A DNA stretch of 62,657 nucleotides, counting the filler, from Actinomycetota bacterium (GTDB taxonomy: Bacteria > Actinomycetota > Actinomycetes > JAKEEW01), in assembly GCA_046725875.1 (NCBI GenBank). It is 5 parts of 5 records of this genome, joined end to end, with 100 filler letters (N's around TTAATTAATTAA, not from the genome) between each part and the next. Parts side by side here need not be neighbours in the genome. Positions count along the whole stretch, not along the records: positions 55,837 to 62,657 come from JBKOZJ010000174.1; 4 more parts are not named here. One strand, written 5' to 3'. The stretch's first letter is position 1. Every line of letters starts with the position of its first letter. Below are positions 60,472 to 62,657 of the stretch, in pieces. The position numbers and the translations under genes were made by a program. The notes beneath the pieces are model-generated. The model saw nothing but the letters and a program-made list of their open reading frames with translations, had not been told where the DNA came from and ran no database searches.

Positions 60472-61398
60472 TCAGTAGATCTCCAGCGGCCTCCGGCGCT
60501 CAATGAACTCACGCATGGCGTCCGCGACCAGCTCGGGATGCTCCAGATGCGCTACATGACCACTCTCCTCCAGAAGCAGCAGCGTGGAGTTCGGGAAGGT
60601 CGACAGTGCGCGCCCCGCGTTGCGCGGATGTACGAGCTTGTCCGCCCGCCCGTAAACAAGGAGGGTGGGGGCCTGCACCCGCGCCGCCAGCCGCCACAGC
60701 CGGCCTGGCCGTGGGTCGGCGTACGCCCAGAGGATCGCTCGCGTGCTGCCCACCATCACCGCGGAAGAGTACGGGAGAGCAGCGCGGCGCCTGATCTCTT
60801 CAACGGCGGCATCACGCCACAGTTGGGTGATCCGGCTCGGGTCCGCGAAGATCATGTTGAGCAGCATCTCGAGCCGGCGCTCCGGCTGGACGGCAGCGAG
60901 CTTGCGAGCGATTCGGGCGCCTAGGCCGGGCAGCCCGACCATGCCGATCAGGGCTGCGTCCCGACTCGGTCGCAGGTCGGGCAGCGCGGGCGAGATCAGG
61001 GTCAGCGTCTGGACCAGCTCTGGCCGCAGGGCCGCGACCCTGGTAACCACGGAGCCACCCATCGAGTTGCCAACGAGGTGGACCGGTCCCCGGTCGTTGA
61101 ACTCGATAAGCTCCGCCAAAACCCGCGAGTAGCCCGCGAGCGTCTGGTCGCGACGCCGTGCGGGCGGCGGGGAGTAGCCGAACCCCGGTAGGTCGATCGC
61201 CTCACACAGCATGTCGGAACGAAGCAGGCCCATCAGCTCGGTCCAGTCCAGCGACGAGCCGCCGAGGCCGTGGACGAACAGGGCGGGCTGGAGGGTGCCG
61301 TCGTCGGAGCGAGGTTCGGCCCGCCTGATCGTCAGCTCCCGGCCGGAAATGCTAACCGTTTGCGCCGGCCAGCTGACCGGCGCCGGCTCATCGCCCAT
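60472..61398 (-). CDS. Alpha/beta hydrolase
   Basis: VHGLGGS, DLPGFG, GNSMGG nucleophile elbow, GRADKLV, GHVAHLE. Confidence 0.9.
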   Translation of the reverse strand: MGDEPAPVSWPAQTVSISGRELTIRRAEPRSDDGTLQPALFVHGLGGSSLDWTELMGLLRSDMLCEAIDLPGFGYSPPPARRRDQTLAGYSRVLAELIEFNDRGPVHLVGNSMGGSVVTRVAALRPELVQTLTLISPALPDLRPSRDAALIGMVGLPGLGARIARKLAAVQPERRLEMLLNMIFADPSRITQLWRDAAVEEIRRRAALPYSSAVMVGSTRAILWAYADPRPGRLWRLAARVQAPTLLVYGRADKLVHPRNAGRALSTFPNSTLLLLEESGHVAHLEHPELVADAMREFIERRRPLEIY

Positions 61399-61500
61399 AC
61401 AGAAAATGTAGAGCGCAGCGCATGCCGGTGGATGGGCAGAAGGCGTGTCCTGCCGGGGTTGTGATCCGCGTAGAGTTGGGCGACGGAGAAGGGACGATCC

Positions 61501-61725
61501 ATGTCCGAGATGGACATTCATGCCGAGGGTCCGGCCGAGACGCCCGACGACCGCGAGGAGGACCGGATGGATATCGAGGCGCCCGAGGCAGACTCGGCCG
61601 AGCAGCAGCGGCCGGTGCGGGAAGATGACGAAGACCTCAGCCCTCGCGTTCCCTTCGAGGTCAATGAGGCCGACGCCGCCGAGCAGAGTCGGATCGTGGA
61701 ACTCGACGAGGACGACTACCGGTAG
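61501..61725 (+). CDS. Small acidic conserved hypothetical protein
   Basis: Internal duplication EAPEADSAEQ / EVNEADAAEQ, ends VELDEDDYR; GAAGGGA RBS. Confidence 0.75.
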   Translation: MSEMDIHAEGPAETPDDREEDRMDIEAPEADSAEQQRPVREDDEDLSPRVPFEVNEADAAEQSRIVELDEDDYR

Positions 61726-61760
61726 GGCCGGGCGGGTTCAGCGCCGGGGTCTGCAGCCCC

Positions 61761-62126
61761 CTATACGGACTGCAGGGGGCTGGTTCCGGCTGAGCGCAAT
61801 CGAATCGCGCGGCCATTCCAGTCGACCTTTTCCACGTCGTGCCATGAGACGTAGCGGGCTTGCTGGATAGCCCGGACGATCCAGCGGACGATCGCCGGAC
61901 CCTGCCGCTCACGGCGGTCATAACCCAGCAGCGATCCCGGGTGGCCGTGAGAGACGAGGAACCCGTCGACGAGCAGCTCAGCACGGGCACCGTTCACGGC
62001 AGGTCCGGGCGCCAACCGCGCGTCGCTGACCCGGCCGAGCTCCTGGCCGCCCGGCGCTACGACTCGCATGCCGAGTAGGTCGCCAAGCCGCCGAGTCTCG
62101 ACTCCAGGTGTGTCATTCGGGTGCAT
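61761..62126 (-). CDS. PRC-barrel domain protein
   Basis: RLGDLLGMRVVAPGGQELGRVSDARL..YVSWHDV. Confidence 0.7.
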   Translation of the reverse strand: MHPNDTPGVETRRLGDLLGMRVVAPGGQELGRVSDARLAPGPAVNGARAELLVDGFLVSHGHPGSLLGYDRRERQGPAIVRWIVRAIQQARYVSWHDVEKVDWNGRAIRLRSAGTSPLQSV

Positions 62127-62553
62127 GGCCCGCTCCGGGAAGCTGACGAACGATGTGGGAACGGATCCACACCTCCAGCCCATCCACCCCAAGAGAGTCC
62201 CGGCGCCGGGTGAGATGGATGGCACTGTCTATGCCTGAGACAGCTGAGAACGGGATCCGGCCCGGAGTCGCCGAATCGTGGTCGCTCAACCTGCGCCAGA
62301 TGCTCACGACCCAGCGGCCGAGGCGACCGCCCAGTCGCGGCCCGAACGCCCCGGGACCGGTGAGGAGCGCCGTGACGACCAGGCGTCCGTCCGTCCGCTC
62401 GGCAAGCTCCAGATCGTCGACCTTGGCGACCAGCTCCCCATTCGGGTCTACGAGCTGCCGATCGAGAAGGTGCAGCGCCGCGTCGTAGCGCCGGCCCGGG
62501 ACCACCGCGCTCAGCTGGCCGTACTCGGGTGGTCGAGCTGCTGCCCCGTTCAC
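62113..62553 (-). CDS. PRC-barrel-like protein
   Basis: LHLLDRQLVDPNGELVAKVDDLEL..LLTGPGA..RIPFSAV. Confidence 0.7.
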   Translation of the reverse strand: MNGAAARPPEYGQLSAVVPGRRYDAALHLLDRQLVDPNGELVAKVDDLELAERTDGRLVVTALLTGPGAFGPRLGGRLGRWVVSIWRRLSDHDSATPGRIPFSAVSGIDSAIHLTRRRDSLGVDGLEVWIRSHIVRQLPGAGHAPE

Positions 62554-62657
62554 TGGCCCGCCTTTGTGGCGATCATGAGTGGGATTGCCGCGGCCGCCGC
62601 AACCACCACGATCACGAGGTAGATGCTGCCCAGTGCGTTCGCCAGCCGCCCGTTCGC
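62550..62657 (-). CDS. C-terminus of a probable NRAMP-family divalent metal transporter (partial)
   Basis: ANGRLANALGSIYLVIVVVAAAAAIPLMIATKAGQ*, GTGA-coupled to the PRC-barrel gene. Confidence 0.55.
   Translation of the reverse strand, partial: ANGRLANALGSIYLVIVVVAAAAAIPLMIATKAGQ

Overview
GC-rich actinobacterial DNA, most likely a draft or metagenome-assembled genome. Five contigs (1-28535, 28636-40649, 40750-47562, 47663-55736, 55837-62657) are joined by artificial 100-bp N/TTAATTAATTAA/N linkers, so adjacency across linkers means nothing. Contig 1: secreted proteins (CHRD, PQQ-type sugar dehydrogenase, Asp-box/sialidase-like, S55 peptidase with repeat tail), redox enzymes (gndA, sthA, aldo-keto reductase, decayed poxB) and a LexA-box-controlled imuA-imuB-dnaE2 cassette whose imuB carries an in-frame 3x39-bp palindromic repeat. 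Contig 2: a decayed accessory region next to the 3' end of tRNA-Gly(TCC), with two ~65-bp putative integrase-tail/arm-site relics, several gene fragments, an ECF41 sigma factor, a RecQ with a Tudor-like tail, and tRNA-Pro(TGG). Contig 3, the best candidate for an uncharacterised system: a compact cluster with a GTP cyclohydrolase II-RibD reductase fusion, a Cys-less PTPS/QueD-family protein, a Zn-ADH-fold dehydrogenase, two GT4 glycosyltransferases and an FkbM methyltransferase, suggesting an unknown GTP-derived glycosylated metabolite. Contig 4: core topA, MFS-tmk fusion and holB, with a GATC-dense palindrome mosaic between tmk and holB. Contig 5: ECF41 plus epimerase, ATL, moeZ with a SigR/SigH-type promoter, DUF3152, a hydrolase, two PRC-barrel proteins and an NRAMP fragment. 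All family calls come from motif recognition by eye; no searches were run.
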